This document shows positions 63,481-64,000 of a DNA stretch of 64,000 bases, piece by piece. The notes below the pieces were generated by a model. The model had not been told where the DNA came from and did not search any database. It saw only the letters and a list, made by a program, of their open reading frames with translations. This DNA is from a phage, in the sequence record PZ452608.1; one strand, given 5' to 3'. The position numbers and the translations under genes are program-made. The stretch's first letter is position 1. Every line of letters starts with the position of its first letter.

Positions 63481-63556
63481 GAATCCGTGACAGAAACGGC
63501 TATGTGCCTGTCTGCAAAACAGGTTTATAAGGGTTCGAGTCCCTTCGGATTCTCCA
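63481..63556 (+). tRNA. tRNA-Cys (anticodon GCA)
   Basis: Acceptor GAATCCG/CGGATTC, anticodon arm CCTGT-CTGCAAA-ACAGG, T-arm AAGGG-TTCGAGT-CCCTT. Confidence 0.75.
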
Positions 63557-63593
63557 AGTTATTTTACTCTCTCTCAATTAAAATAATAATAAT

Positions 63594-63663
63594 GCCCTGC
63601 TATAAGTATTCTTCCTTTCGCTACCGAAGAGTATTTTTAGACAGGGCTTTTTTACAGAGTTAT
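63594..63663 (+). terminator. compound terminator after tRNA array
   Basis: GCCCTGC...ACAGGGC enclosing inner hairpin, then TTTTTT. Confidence 0.45.
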
Positions 63664-63728
63664 ACTTTATAGGAAGACTTATACAGTATGTCTCTGACGT
63701 ACATTGTGGTTTCTCCTTGACGGTCTCT

Positions 63729-63752
63729 GTGCCGTCTTTTTTAAGGGGAAAC
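63729..63752 (+). terminator. intrinsic terminator
   Basis: GACGG-TCTCTGTG-CCGTC then TTTTTT. Confidence 0.55.
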
Positions 63753-63778
63753 ATGGTTAACTATTTGGAGAAAACATA

Positions 63779-63979
63779 ATGAGCGAGACCGTTTATAAAG
63801 AACTTTATGAAGCTAATAAAAAGCTAGAATTTATGCAGAATACTATCATGGCAATTGCAGACAGATTGTCTGTAGCAACAGGTATTGATATTAAAGAAGC
63901 ATCTATGGATGCACTTCTTGATGCTGTTGATGCAAAGTTCGAAGTTAAGAAAGAAGAGACTGCTACAGACTCTGAATAA
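63779..63979 (+). CDS. hypothetical acidic protein
   Basis: 66 aa, GGAG RBS. Confidence 0.4.
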   Translation: MSETVYKELYEANKKLEFMQNTIMAIADRLSVATGIDIKEASMDALLDAVDAKFEVKKEETATDSE

Positions 63980-64000
63980 TTCTATTTGCGGAGGTGCTTA

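Overview
This window reads as part of a large virulent dsDNA phage genome: strand-blocked, densely packed genes, UUCG-tetraloop intrinsic terminators, sigma70-like TTGACA promoters and a large tRNA array. All calls are made by eye from the sequence and ORF track; no searches or folding were run. Layout: (1) a minus-strand block 1-9735 with thymidylate synthase (partial), DHFR, ATP-dependent DNA ligase and a family A DNA polymerase; (2) a plus-strand block 9993-45884 with dNMP kinase-like, primase-helicase, SSB-like, flap endonuclease, HNH and GIY-YIG endonucleases, aerobic (NrdA/B/H) and anaerobic (NrdD/G) ribonucleotide reductases, a Prs-like/NAMPT-like pair, a GHKL-ATPase rIIA-like protein, a macro-domain protein, and a tandem array of 14 small ORFs each preceded by one of two conserved hairpin-leader modules; (3) a 1.6-kb ORF-free region 45900-47560 packed with phased short repeats; (4) a minus-strand block 47561-55723 with a GH24 endolysin and an Ig-like repeat protein; (5) a plus-strand unit with a vWA (MIDAS) protein followed by about 27 tRNA or tRNA-like genes (57986-63556), interspersed with an HNH endonuclease, small ORFs, repeated spacer elements and an apparently circularly permuted tRNA. 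The most interesting candidates are the modular small-gene array, the repeat-dense non-coding region, the Prs-like/NAMPT-like NAD-reconstitution pair, and the vWA protein plus atypical tRNA-like RNAs.
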